A stretch of DNA of 64,000 nucleotides from Ramazzottius varieornatus (lineage: Eukaryota; Animalia; Tardigrada): the NCBI GenBank assembly GCA_001949185.1, contig BDGG01000001.1, positions 5,011,624-5,075,623 on the forward strand, given 5' to 3'. The notes below the pieces were generated by a model that saw only the letters and a program-made list of their open reading frames with translations, was not told the DNA's origin and searched no databases. Position 1 is the first letter of the stretch; every line of letters starts with the position of its first letter. Below are positions 37,068 through 48,390 of this stretch, piece by piece. The translations under genes and the position numbers were made by a program.

Positions 37068-39085
37068 ATGGTGTCAATCTGTGTTCGAAGATCCTCAAGA
37101 GCCACAAAAAGTTCCCGAATCATTATAATACTATGTGCGATTTGCCTTTACGCCACTATCGGATGGACCTTGTACGAATTCATCTCTCATCCCGACGACT
37201 TCGTACTCTTCATTGTTTCTTTGATCAGGGCGGAGTTGTACTCCATATTTCCGCGTCCACCTTCCTGCCCACCTCGCGAGAACTTGAGCTGTTCTCGAGA
37301 GCTTGAACTCTCGAGTCCGATTACCTTCAATTTCGAAGAAAAATGGAAAGGTGTCGTCGAAGCTACCGAAGTACCCAACAAGGGAACTTTTTCGGAGCGA
37401 AAAATCAGGTCGAAATCTTGATATGCTGAAACGACAGCTAAGCACTCGAGCAACTTTACGCAAGCGATAACTCGCGTCGCTGATCTACTTCGAGCCCTTG
37501 AAAGATCCCAAAACGCGTGAGATTTCCGTCTAACCCGTATGGGAGCACTGAGGGTTAGAAGAAAGACGGAAATCCCACGCGTTTTGGGATTTTTCAAGGG
37601 CTCGAAGTAGATCAGCGACATGAGGTGTCGCTTGCTTGCAGTTGCTCAAGTGTCTGAGCTATCGTTTGAGCGTATCGGGATTTCGCTCTGGGTTTCACTC
37701 CGACAAGGTTTCCTTGTAAATATTATCGGTATCGCGCTTTCTGCACCAAAGTTGTTCTTCACAAGCAACAAGTATCACCAGCGGTGAAACGGACGCTGCT
37801 GAATCGTAAAGCGGAGTGGTCATTTCTAAAATCAATATTAATAAATAGGCACTATCCGTCATAATTAACTCGTACGTTAATTCTGCTGATTTGGTTGCAA
37901 TTACCCACTGAGCGTACCGGATGTTGAATAGTGTCCTGCACGTAGTGCGGCCACTCTCAATCGCGATTCTGTGGTGGTCATGCCACCGCGAGGACCCCTG
38001 ACTGCTGTCACTGCCATTCTTCGTAGGTAATGCAGCTCAGAGCCAACTACCTGCGGGACTGTGCAAACTTTAGCGGCACCTACACAATAGACATCGAGTA
38101 CGAGTCAGAACGCCACCTGCCCAAACACCGCCACATACCACGAGGACTGGCCAGCGCATTGATTTTGGTCACTATGTCCTTCACCTTCGCGCAGTTCCTT
38201 GAACCGCCCCGGAGATTCCATATCATCGCAGCTCAATGGAACTACGGGGCTTTTCGGAAAACCTTTCAAGATTTTTCCAGCGAAAGTGTTTGTCCAATCA
38301 CCAGCTTCGTCCCATCGAATGCGCTGAGAGACGCCAGGGTATACTTGAAATGGAACGGTGATGTGGTCGTGGAAGACAACGATGTTCTGTACGAACTCAA
38401 CATACTTCCGGTGGACCTGAAACACTATGAAGCGTACGACATTCTTCCCCTACGCTTGGGCAAGTCGAAATATTTTGAAAAAATGTCAGTCGTTGCACGA
38501 GCCGTTTTTGTTCCCCAACCGAGTATCATGCGGATCATTCAGGATGTCTGGGAAAATTTAACGAGCCAGAACGTCTCATACACCTTCGTCCACGTCCGCC
38601 GAGGAGATAAGCGTAATGAAGCCAGAATCGTGCCAATTTCAACGTATGCTGAAAAACTGAACACGGAAAATACCCGACGAAACCATTCTGTGACAACAGT
38701 TTTCTTAATGTGCGACGGATACAAAACATGCGACGAGTTCAGGCTAGCCCTGGGCGGAAGTTATTGTTTGGTGACTTACAAGACTCTGATGCAACAATGG
38801 GGTCTGTGGAACGCTTCGATGGAAACGGAGGAACACACTCAAATCGCGTTCGACCAACTTTCCGAAGAGAAGCGCCTAATGCAAGCTCTGGAGCTCGTTG
38901 TATCCTTGTACATCGGCGCTCTTTCCAGTTTCACAGTCTGCAGTTACTCCTCGAATATATGCAAATTTATCGCCCTTCTTCGAGGTGGAAAGATGGATCA
39001 CAACGGTGTTTATAGTGTTGATGACCCAAGTTGGGGTACTACGGCGTTTCAAAGTCGACTGAGCACGTTGTGGTTGCAATGCTAA
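37068..39085 (+). CDS. GT23/FUT8-like alpha-fucosyltransferase A (type II membrane protein)
   Basis: Exon 1 (37068-37370) carries the TM anchor. Exon 2 (38027-39085) has motif I 'HVRRGDK', motif II 'VFLMCDG' and motif III 'FTVCSYSSNICK'. No SH3 domain. Confidence 0.8.
37378..37717. mobile_element. Fold-back MITE in the fucosyltransferase A intron
   Basis: Inverted arms of about 155 bp (e.g. gtcgctgatctacttcgagcccttgaaa / tttcaagggctcgaagtagatcagcgac) with a spacer of about 33 nt. Confidence 0.8.
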
Positions 39086-39446
39086 AAGCAAATCACCGAA
39101 TTACGCTCGTGACAATGCGTCGTATCTTTCTATATATTGCATACGAAAGATTCAAGATCTCAATGTACGTAGGAAAACATAAACAACCAATGATAACATA
39201 TGGCTGAAACTAAACGACCACAAAAAAACTGCGGTAAGTCAAGTGGAAGCACGGGTGGTAGGGTAAGAGAAATAACAACGCGTAACAAAAATCAAAGCTG
39301 GAAATCACAGTATTGTAGACAGAGGATAGAAATGTCGGTTCAAAATATTCACAAGTGGGTTTAGGCTGAAAAATTTATAAATCATAATCGAATTCACGGA
39401 CCAACAGTATTCATTCAGGTGCGTATAAATCAGAAAGGCTTCTGGG

Positions 39447-40731
39447 TTACTCCATGGCGATCCATTCAGGAAGCCAAAAGGAGGATAAATCCATCATTCC
39501 GGCATACTTTGAACCGGGCCTCGGCCAACCTTTGTAGTAAATGATGTGTTGAGCTGAAGAAAGGTAGCCTGCGAAGAAGGAAAATGTGCCTGCACTGAGG
39601 ATCAAATGGTTCATGTGGGTGAGGATGGCCATATCCACGTGGGAAGTTTGGTTCTCGACAAAGTGTACGTCGAATCCGGCGAGATTCTGCCGTGACCATT
39701 CCACGTCGTTGGTACAGACGAGGAAGATCGGGTCGATCACGCCCTTGTTCTTAAGATATTCCATGGCATGACGGAAGTACTCGCGCGTTGCCACTGTGAA
39801 GCCAAAGTTCCTCCAGAAACTCTTGACCAGAACATCACCACGTCGAATATGGATTCCAACAGACGGTCGTTTCTGTCAGCACAACAATCTTGGATCAGAA
39901 TGAGGAGACTTACTCGATCACCTTGATTCTGTTCTGTGTGGCACAGCGTTCTCGCATTCCACGAGACAAGTGGCACGTGACGTCCACATTTCCGCTGACG
40001 TCAGCGCGTGTGCAGAAACAAAAGGACAAACAGCTTACCTGCATACTGTCACCACTTCGCAAACGAAATCCCTTGATGATGTCGTTCGCTCGAACGTCAA
40101 TATTTTCCTTGAAAGCAAACTGCCTCCGGATATCAGTCTCGTGCTCTGGATGGAAGTATCTCGACGACTGGAAGTAGCCCCACAAGGACACATTCCGCCC
40201 TACCGCTCTCTGGAAAATTTGCTCCGTTCGCTCATCGTACAAACAACACTCGTCCATTCCAAAAACGTAGTTGTCACAGTCACTGAGATCGAAGAACTGT
40301 TCGGGTGAGAGATCCAAATGAAAAGCGTCGTGTAACTTGGTGAAGGGGATGGTAGGCGTCAATCCGTTCTTCTTTGCAATTCCCCACAACGAGGCGTAAA
40401 TGAACATCAGGTTACCTGTGCCCACCAAAGGATGAAACGCGTGCGAAATGTACTGTGGAGCTTCGGGCGAATGGGCGGTTGTCTGAGAAGAAGAGAAGAT
40501 ACAGCCGATTCGGTAGATTTTCCATTCATGAAGCGGGATCGCGAGGGAGATGACATCGACGTTCAGAGCTAAGATGAGCGAAACGACGAGAAAACTGGCT
40601 CCCAGGAAGACGATACACCATTTTCCTACGATTACAAACCAGGTATTCAACTTCCGCTATATCGTAGAAAATTCCCTACCTCTGGGCGACGGTATGGAAC
40701 GCAGGAAGAGACATTGCGGCTTCCGTGCCAT
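39447..40731 (-). CDS. GT11 alpha-1,2-fucosyltransferase-like
   Basis: Short first exon MARKPQ..., TM anchor, 'GTGNLMFIYASLWGIA', 'GYFQSSRYF', 'VGIHIRRGD', 'GTFSFFAGYLS', 'FWLPEWIAM'. Three exons. Confidence 0.9.
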
Positions 40732-41192
40732 TGTTCCGCTGAAAATTTAATGAGAGAACTCAAGTGCAGACTGCAGGAGTGGAATGTGTCGAAATGTGGA
40801 TTAACTGTTTATCTGACTTTGGCAAACAAACAACAAACACCTTCTCCTCCTCCAACAGTTTGAAATTTAAGGCGCCAACAGACAGAACCAAACAACCTGA
40901 CGTCATTCTCGAGATAAGAATTGATCGCAACCGGAAGTGAGTCGGTTCATCCGGGGTGCGACACGAATGAGCTATGCAGCTGGCCGAAACAGTACGGAGG
41001 TCCCTAAGAGTGTTCTCTTACACACGCTGTTGGGAGGTCATACGCGACAGTTGGGTATTGATAAATCACACCAACTGTTTTCTACGCACAGTTATTTGTT
41101 TGATGATTTTTCTCCTGTTTTGTTTTCCACCTTCGGAGTTTGGACTTTCCGCTTGCGCTGCATCAGTCCATGTTATTTCTTAACCAAGCAAT

Positions 41193-42799
41193 ATGAAGCA
41201 CGATCCTACGGTCTACTTCGGGTCAAAGCCATCGGCAGAAGTGGCGTCGATCACTTCTAGAAAATTGTTGAGAAGTGCCACATTATCTCGCATATTGATC
41301 TTTTTCATATCTTGCTCTCCATTCGCTTTGGCGTTCTCTTCATATAGATTAATCTTCGCCAGGAGCACTCCTGCTTTTGTTCTCCACGGTGAAAGTCTGG
41401 AATCCTACCCAGCGACAAAGAAAAGTGTTTCCAGATGGGCGGGTGCTGTGACGTTTGAGGACAGATGGAACGAGACAGTGGAAACGTACGAGGTATTTTA
41501 CTATAAATTTTGTTGTGGGCATATAGTTCTACAAGCAAATAAAAAGGCTGTCTCAGTTGTCCATTCGATACTAGCCGGACAAGTGATTTTTTCTTGTAAT
41601 TTGTACAAAGTTTGCTTTGAATTGAATGCATGGGCGTCATTCCATGGGCTGTTTCGGGAAAAATGTTGGTTTTTCGGGCACCGTAATATACCGTAATATC
41701 TGCTGGCACTTTTCACATGACGGTAGTACTTCATGGTTGTTTGGGATGTTTTCAGGTGCAACAGTTTCGGAAGAACTATCTGCGGAACTGCATAAGGTAT
41801 AGCGGCACGTACACGATCGACATCGAAGATGCCCTCTCGAGAGCGCGATCTCGCCGTCTTTCCACGGACCACTACGTTACTCGCGGACTAGGCAGCGCCC
41901 TCAACGCCCTTCTTCCTGCTTTCGTCCTCAGTCAAGTGATCGATCCTCCTCGACGATTTCACCTGATCGCAGAACACTGGAACTACGGCTACTTTCGCGA
42001 AACCTTCTCCGACTTTTCCGACACTAGTCCGTGTCAAATCATGAAACCCGCTCCTGCAAATCCGGATCGCAACGTCGCGGTGTTCCTTCATTCGAATGGC
42101 TCCGTCACCATCGATAAACCTGACGCCCTCTTCGAGTTCAACTATGTACCACATTCAAGGGAACACGATCTAGTGTACTGGAATTTGCCCTTGCTGATCG
42201 GATGGGATAGGTACTTTTACGTGATGTCGGTCACCGCTCGCGCCTTTCTGACTCCTCATCCCTCAGTACTCGCGATGATTCGACGAATATGGACAGAGCT
42301 CGGCGGATCTTACGTCTTTGTTCACATCCGCAGAGGAGACAAAGCACGGGAATCTGATTTAGTGAATATCACGCGATACACGGAAGTCCTTCAGGCCAAA
42401 TGCAACGGTTCCGCGACAGTGTTTGTGATGTCCGATGGGTTCAGATCACACGAGGAGATTAGCCTGGCTTTGGCTGGAGACTATCACATTGTAAGTTACA
42501 GGGTGCTGATGAAACGATGGGGATTATACGCGGCGAAAGAGGAGTCTACTGGGCATTATCAGGAGAAGTTCGACGTGCTTCCCGAAGTGCAACGTCGAGC
42601 TCTGGCCTTCGAACTCGTCGCTTCGATGTACATCGGTGCTATGGCCGACTTTGCCGTTTGCACCTACTCATCCAACATTTGTCGCCTCATCGCTCTTTTT
42701 CGAGGAGGAAAGATGAACAATAATGGAGTCTACAGTGTCGACTGGCCAAAGTGGGCCGTTGTAGTGTCCAACAGTCTCATTAACATCCCGGACGCTTGA
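41193..42799 (+). CDS. GT23/FUT8-like alpha-fucosyltransferase B
   Basis: Paralogue of A with the same phase-0 intron (41493-41755). Motifs 'HIRRGDK', 'VFVMSDG', 'FAVCTYSSNICR'. Confidence 0.8.
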
Positions 42800-43532
42800 A
42801 GAATGTTCTATACTTCCGGTCGAAACTTACTGTAGTTTTGTTGTTTTTGAGTTAACGTGTTCCGCTGGCGCTAGAGTTCTAATGCTGTTGTTTACTGCAG
42901 TTGGTGCTGTTGCTCCGTGAGGGGCTTGTTTCCGATTCTGGCCGTTAATTTCACTTAATAATTTATAGTGTAATGATCATTGACGGGGGCTGTAATTGGC
43001 AAACAAAAAGTGTGGCTACACCGGTAGGCGACAAAGACGGGCGCGGTAGAACCCTTGGATAATACGCACCATCAACTAGTCAACCTTTGGACACCAATGT
43101 CCTTAAGCTTGGATTGCCGTCATATCGTTCTGCTCCGAGAAGAAATCGAGCACACTGATGCTTACTGTATGGTTTGGGTCGGTTAGATTTTGTTAGTGGC
43201 TTACGAGCGCGGATCATCAGCGAAGTTTTGTGTCAGGAAATCGGGTTGGTTTACTGTACTTTGCTCTGAGTATACTAGTCCTCCTGCGACCTGTGGTAAG
43301 ATTGCCTACCACTTCTGTGATACTTTTTATTTCTTGGTATCAAAATTAGCAAAGAAATTCTGTTTACACCGGTACTTTATCATTAAGCAATGCATTTTTA
43401 GTCCTTGTAGAAAATTATACGAGATTTTGGCAGGTGGCGCTGTGAGGTATACTCGATGTGTGTACTGTACTACCGCTAGATTCCCGCAGATTCACATGTA
43501 AAATAACAACTTGAATTGAATTACATGACCCC

Positions 43533-44516
43533 GTACGTCAGCCCCTAAGGACAATTTCTCCTAACATACTCTATCCCCTAAATAGAAAACCTAACAGCCT
43601 CGCACCCGAAGAACTCTTGCCCCGAAAAAACAAAGTCAGACCGGAACACCGCTTTCCCCTAAGAGCGCCGAGCCTGAGCAACTTCCACTCCGAAGAACCT
43701 CCGACCCGAGGACCACATTCTTTCGAAGGACTGAACTGGCTACAGGGAAGATGTTTTTAGATTCTATGATGGGCCACGCGACTCGAAAGTCCACAGTACT
43801 TTCACCGCGGATGGATGCGAAGGGAAACTCCATGCGCGGTAAAATACTTTTTCCGTGCATGCAAGCGCGGGAAAATGTTTTGCTCCGCGGGCGCTGGTGG
43901 GTATCAAATGTATGTTCCGTGCTTCCATGGTTTAGTGAATTTTCCGCGCACGGGAGCGCGGATAAAGTCAGTTTCACCTCGGATGTATGCGCGGAAAGAC
44001 TAGTTCCTCCGCGCCTGCATTCCCGGTGAAGCTCATGTCATAGTCCGCGGGTGAATGCGGGAAAAAAGTATCTTACCGCGTATTGAGTTTCCCCGTGCAT
44101 ACACCCGCGGTTAAAGTACTGTGGACTTTTAAGTCGCGCGGCTCACCATAGAATCGAAAGACATCTTTTCTGTTGCCAATTCAAACGGTTTAACCTGTCG
44201 CCGCAAACATATCGTTTGGTAAATCAGGGACGGCAGTCGTATGTAGAACAACGCCAAGCACCGAATGTACACGTGATTGGCCATCCTAAAGTAAGTTTTA
44301 GGGAAGAGCGATCATCGGAGCCGGAATTTCGACGGGTTCGCGACTCTTAGGAGCCAAAGGTCTTGGGGGCCGTTGTTGTTCGGTCAGAGTTCTTCGGGAA
44401 TAAAGACGTTTTTTTGGGGGGCTGGACTTGTTCGGAAGCGAAGCTGTTAGGGGAAAGTGTTGTTCCAGTCCTTCGGAGCCATGTTTAGGAGCAGACGGAG
44501 TTAGGGGATAACGTAC
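43533..44516. mobile_element. Degenerate TIR element
   Basis: gtacgt..cccctaa at the left versus ttagggga..acgtac at the right. Inverted subterminal motifs (ccgaagaactc / gagttcttcgg, ctttcccctaa / ttaggggaaag). Confidence 0.5.
43732..44183. mobile_element. Fold-back MITE nested in 43533-44516
   Basis: Long inverted arms, e.g. aaagtccacagtacttt / aaagtactgtggacttt and gattctatg / catagaatc. Confidence 0.75.
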
Positions 44517-44909
44517 CCCACCGTATTACATTGAGTGTACTTGTACACCAGGATGTCAGCTAGGACCTTCCGAGTTCCGACGTAGAGGAGCTCGCGGTTT
44601 AGTACCTAATCCGATCCGGTTCCATTTAATCCATTGTTTCAACATCCACTGCAGCTTTGAACAATAAACAAAATGATGCTCTAGCTTCGGGAGATGGTCA
44701 AAAACACTCGCGCCAGTTGATCATGAGTGGCTTCATGCGGTCGAGTATCTCGTGAGATGTATGGTTGCAGATTATTTCCGGGGTTTCCACCTCTAAAATT
44801 TATAACGCGCCCACTGATATTTACAGCTTGAGAACCCGTTTTCAAAGTGGTAATCCCTAAACTACTGGAAAAAGAGTAAGCTCATACTCACGATACCCGC
44901 GTAAATTTA

Positions 44910-45640
44910 CAGCCCGAGGCGGCCAAGTGGATACCACCTATAAAATTAGAGCATCTTCGACCGGGTTTTTGCGCAAGTTCGAAACTGATTTGCTTTGGTC
45001 TAGAATTCTTTTTGCAACCTCCTAAAAATACCTGGTTAGAAATCTGCCCAGTGGAAGTCGAAAGCGGCGTGCATGGTGAACAGTGGACTCTGCAAACAAC
45101 TTTCGTGGTTTTCGGAGTCCATTTCCAAAATTCATTTCTGAGTTTGCAGTTGACGGCCTGCGGTGATCTTATTTAAAGCAAAGAGAACAAGGACCTGGCC
45201 ACATAGAAAATTGTCGAGAGCATGAATCTACCGTTTGAGGCAAGAGCAAGAATTTCTGCCGCAAAGGGGGATTTCCCGGCAAAATGGCCAAATTCAACAG
45301 GGTTAATTTTCTTGCCAAGTTAGTTTGGCTATTTCATGGTATTATTTGGTTTTATATTACAAGCTTGATAGTCTCACGTGCGTTAAGATCGAGCTGGGGC
45401 TTCATAACGGAATACGGAATTTTAAAAGTAAGGTTTTGGTCATGAAAAGGTATCTTCCCCACCAGATGTCACGCCGATCAACTTTCCCAGACTATTTTTC
45501 AACCGCTGTGAATCTACCTTATCTCAGTGGAAAAAGCTTGAAAATTTCTTTGAGATGTGTAGAGGAGCGGACGATAAGACGTAAACTGAGTTTTTCATAG
45601 AGCTTTGATCAGGTGATAGTCACTTGGCCGCCTCAGGCTG
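44910..45640. mobile_element. Non-autonomous DNA transposon with TA target duplication
   Basis: TA|CAGCCCGAGGCGGCCAAGTG ... CACTTGGCCGCCTCAGGCTG|TA, TIR match 19/20. Confidence 0.8.
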
Positions 45641-45767
45641 TAAGTTCATGACCAATGTCAACAGCCTGCGTAGACTATTTTTCCTCTCGACAAGGTAAGA
45701 TAAACGTTGGTTACGCTTCCAAAGCGTACCATAGGGAAGAAAATTGCTATTCACTTGCATATACCCT

Positions 45768-45998
45768 GTTCGGAAGGGCCTCCGATCTATTATACTGACC
45801 ATATAACATTTNNNNNNNNNNNNNNNNNNNNNNNNNNNNNNNNNNNNNNNNNNNNNNNNNNNNNNTGTTGCATAGACGTATATGTCGCATATAAGAACCT
45901 TTACTGAACCCAAAATGCACCCAAAATGCTCTGTAGAAAACTTGGACTGATCCCAAACGTTATATGGTCAGTATAATAGATCGGAGGCTCGTCCGAAC
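45768..45998. mobile_element. TIR element spanning an assembly gap (N 45812-45865)
   Basis: About 40-bp inverted repeats, with core gcctccgatctattatactgaccatataac / gttatatggtcagtataatagatcggaggc. Confidence 0.75.
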
Positions 45999-46430
45999 CG
46001 TGATACAAGAACTGAAACCGGTCAGTTTATTCTAGAGTGTTTGTAATTCAGCTGTTTTCAGTATTCGGAAGTCGATCACCCGCAGAGAACTACTCGCGAT
46101 CGTATGGTGTCGTACCTGACCCAGAGCATAAAACAAATAAATAAAATAAACAACAGCAATACTACAAGTACACAGAAGCCTGACCCAGCAGTCTACAGCG
46201 CCACATGAGGAGACCATAATAGCTGGACACTTCTAAGCGCTTGACGATTGCTGGGTTGATCGCATCTGCCACCGTACTTTGTGATCACTGGTTCGTCAAA
46301 ATACGTGGCTCACCGTGTGGTTGACTGAAATCTCGTCTACCACACCAACTAGCTTCATTTAAGCGTTCACAAAGTCTACGCAGTTCTTCGTAACGACCTC
46401 GTCACTCATAACGACCCTGTCGACTAGATG

Positions 46431-46708
46431 TACCCGGCCCCATCCCGGGTTTGTAAAGTTAGCCACGGCTGTAGCGTCTTTCGCTTGATTGACTATTTGA
46501 TTGTCAGTCTTGGCTTTTTAACATGAGATTCAACGTTCTTTTAATTGCGGATCTCTTGGATTCTCTGACTTCTCGTGTTGACTGTGCCTATTACTATTCG
46601 ACAGCTCATTATTTTATCTTTCGATCTATCCTTAAAAGTTTGGGATTGAGTAGTAGAGAACAGGCGAACTTAGACGGCTAACTTTACGAACCCGGTATGA
46701 GGCGGTTA
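46431..46708. mobile_element. Small MITE
   Basis: Inverted ends ccgggtttgtaaagttagcc / ggctaactttacgaacccgg. Confidence 0.55.
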
Positions 46709-47479
46709 ATCTTACAACCTTTCCCTTGTTCAGATGATGATATCACGACGATGCACCAACATACGCTTGTAGCGAGAATTTTGTACAGGATTTAAAATTG
46801 GGAATTCTCCACGAGTGTACGAGTTCGATGAGTGTATGACTGACAGGGTATTTCCTCGAGGTATTAAGCCAGCCCTGCAGGCGGCGTATCTCGAGAAGTT
46901 TATAAGCTGAAAGCTGTCACTTGTTCGAGACTTTTTCTCCTTCAGTTGAATTTTGATCAGTAAAGTGCAGTACGAACTCCAGCTTTTACCGATCTTCTGT
47001 AAAGCCAGCTGGCTAACTTAGAGTTCTACGAGGTCCTTCAATCTTTCTTGGTGGATAAACCTGTCGATGGTTAGCGAAGCCTGAGGTTCCTGCAGGATCA
47101 AAGTCGAGGACGCTTGGCTAAGGCTCTCTGGAATACCGGGATCAACCGGCGGACACTGGCGAGGTAAGTCTCTGAGACGAACGAGTAGCCTACAGGTCCT
47201 AAAGGAAGAGAGGGTGACTCGTGTGACGGATAGGAAAGTATGAGTGGTGGTTTGTCTGGAAGACTTGTGAAGTGGGATTTTGTATTGAACAACAGGCAGG
47301 GTGCCGGCACCATCAGGTTCTCTATCAACTCGAAGTTTAGCTGAAGTTGACGTCCGTTTAAAGTTCCTCGTTAGTCGGACGATAAAAATTATTAATCGAG
47401 GTGCAATGTGAATTAGCCTACCGCCTGAGCCAGCAATTTTGTTGCAGGCTTTTTGCCGTGGTGAGTTCTTTATGCTACA

Positions 47480-48260
47480 CGCTGATGCAATCAGTTCGGC
47501 GGATTGGGAAAGACGCTCGCTTTCCCTTACGTGATCGAAACTCTCTTGACAATGTTCCTCAGTATTGCTCGAAGATACGAAGACTCCATTGCAATATCAA
47601 CATCTGACAGGTCACTAAACGATATCCGTCGGCTATTGCAAGACCAAATCAACCACATGCTTGTTTGTAGTCCCTCGTTAAGAATGATTTTCGTGCTAGG
47701 TCTGTCCGAGCATTCACCAGTTTCAGCTTTTGCAGATAGTTTGATATTGTCATTTCACCGATTATTGTGCGTTTGTCATCTCTGAGAATGTGGACAAATG
47801 CGTACGTGGATGATGGCTTTGAGAGCTCAGACAATTTTTTTGTTGATGTGAAGATGTGCGGCTTCGGAACGAACCAAGCACTTGCAACAGTCGATAAGAG
47901 CTTTTAGTACCTCGGTCATACTCAGCAAGCAGGGTAAATCGCTGGAGAACATCTGGTAGTGCGTCCCGTGGTACGAAAGAATGTTCAGCTCGAACAACGC
48001 ATCAGGCCCAGTAAAGGATAAGAACCGTTTGGGTGAGTGAGAAAAGGTTCCTCGTCCCGGTTCGACTCTAGTGTAGGAGTACGACTGCTGATTTGACCCA
48101 TAGTTCCGTCTGCGAAGTCGTTGAAAGTACCGCGGAAGTCGCCAAGTTGCCATGGTTTCTACAGTAGAACCTGCATGAGCACAAGAGTGTAAGCGGTTTT
48201 CCATACGTAAAATTTCCACACTCCAAACCAAGTTTAGTTACGCACTTGGACAGTTGCAAA
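47480..48260 (-). pseudogene. GT23-like fucosyltransferase pseudogene
   Basis: Frameshifted fragments 'PDALFELNIL', 'YAFVHILRDDK', 'YRLVTCQML', 'EEHCQESFDH...AELIAS' are collinear with paralogues A and B. Confidence 0.7.
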
Positions 48261-48390
48261 GGGTGTGAACTGCCTACTGACAGTGAAGACAAAAATTTGC
48301 CGAGGTAATTAGCTCTTTTACCGGTGTTAAAGCACGCGTAAATCTGACTTTTTATTGCAACGCGAACATCCATATAGAAACGCTTGTTTA

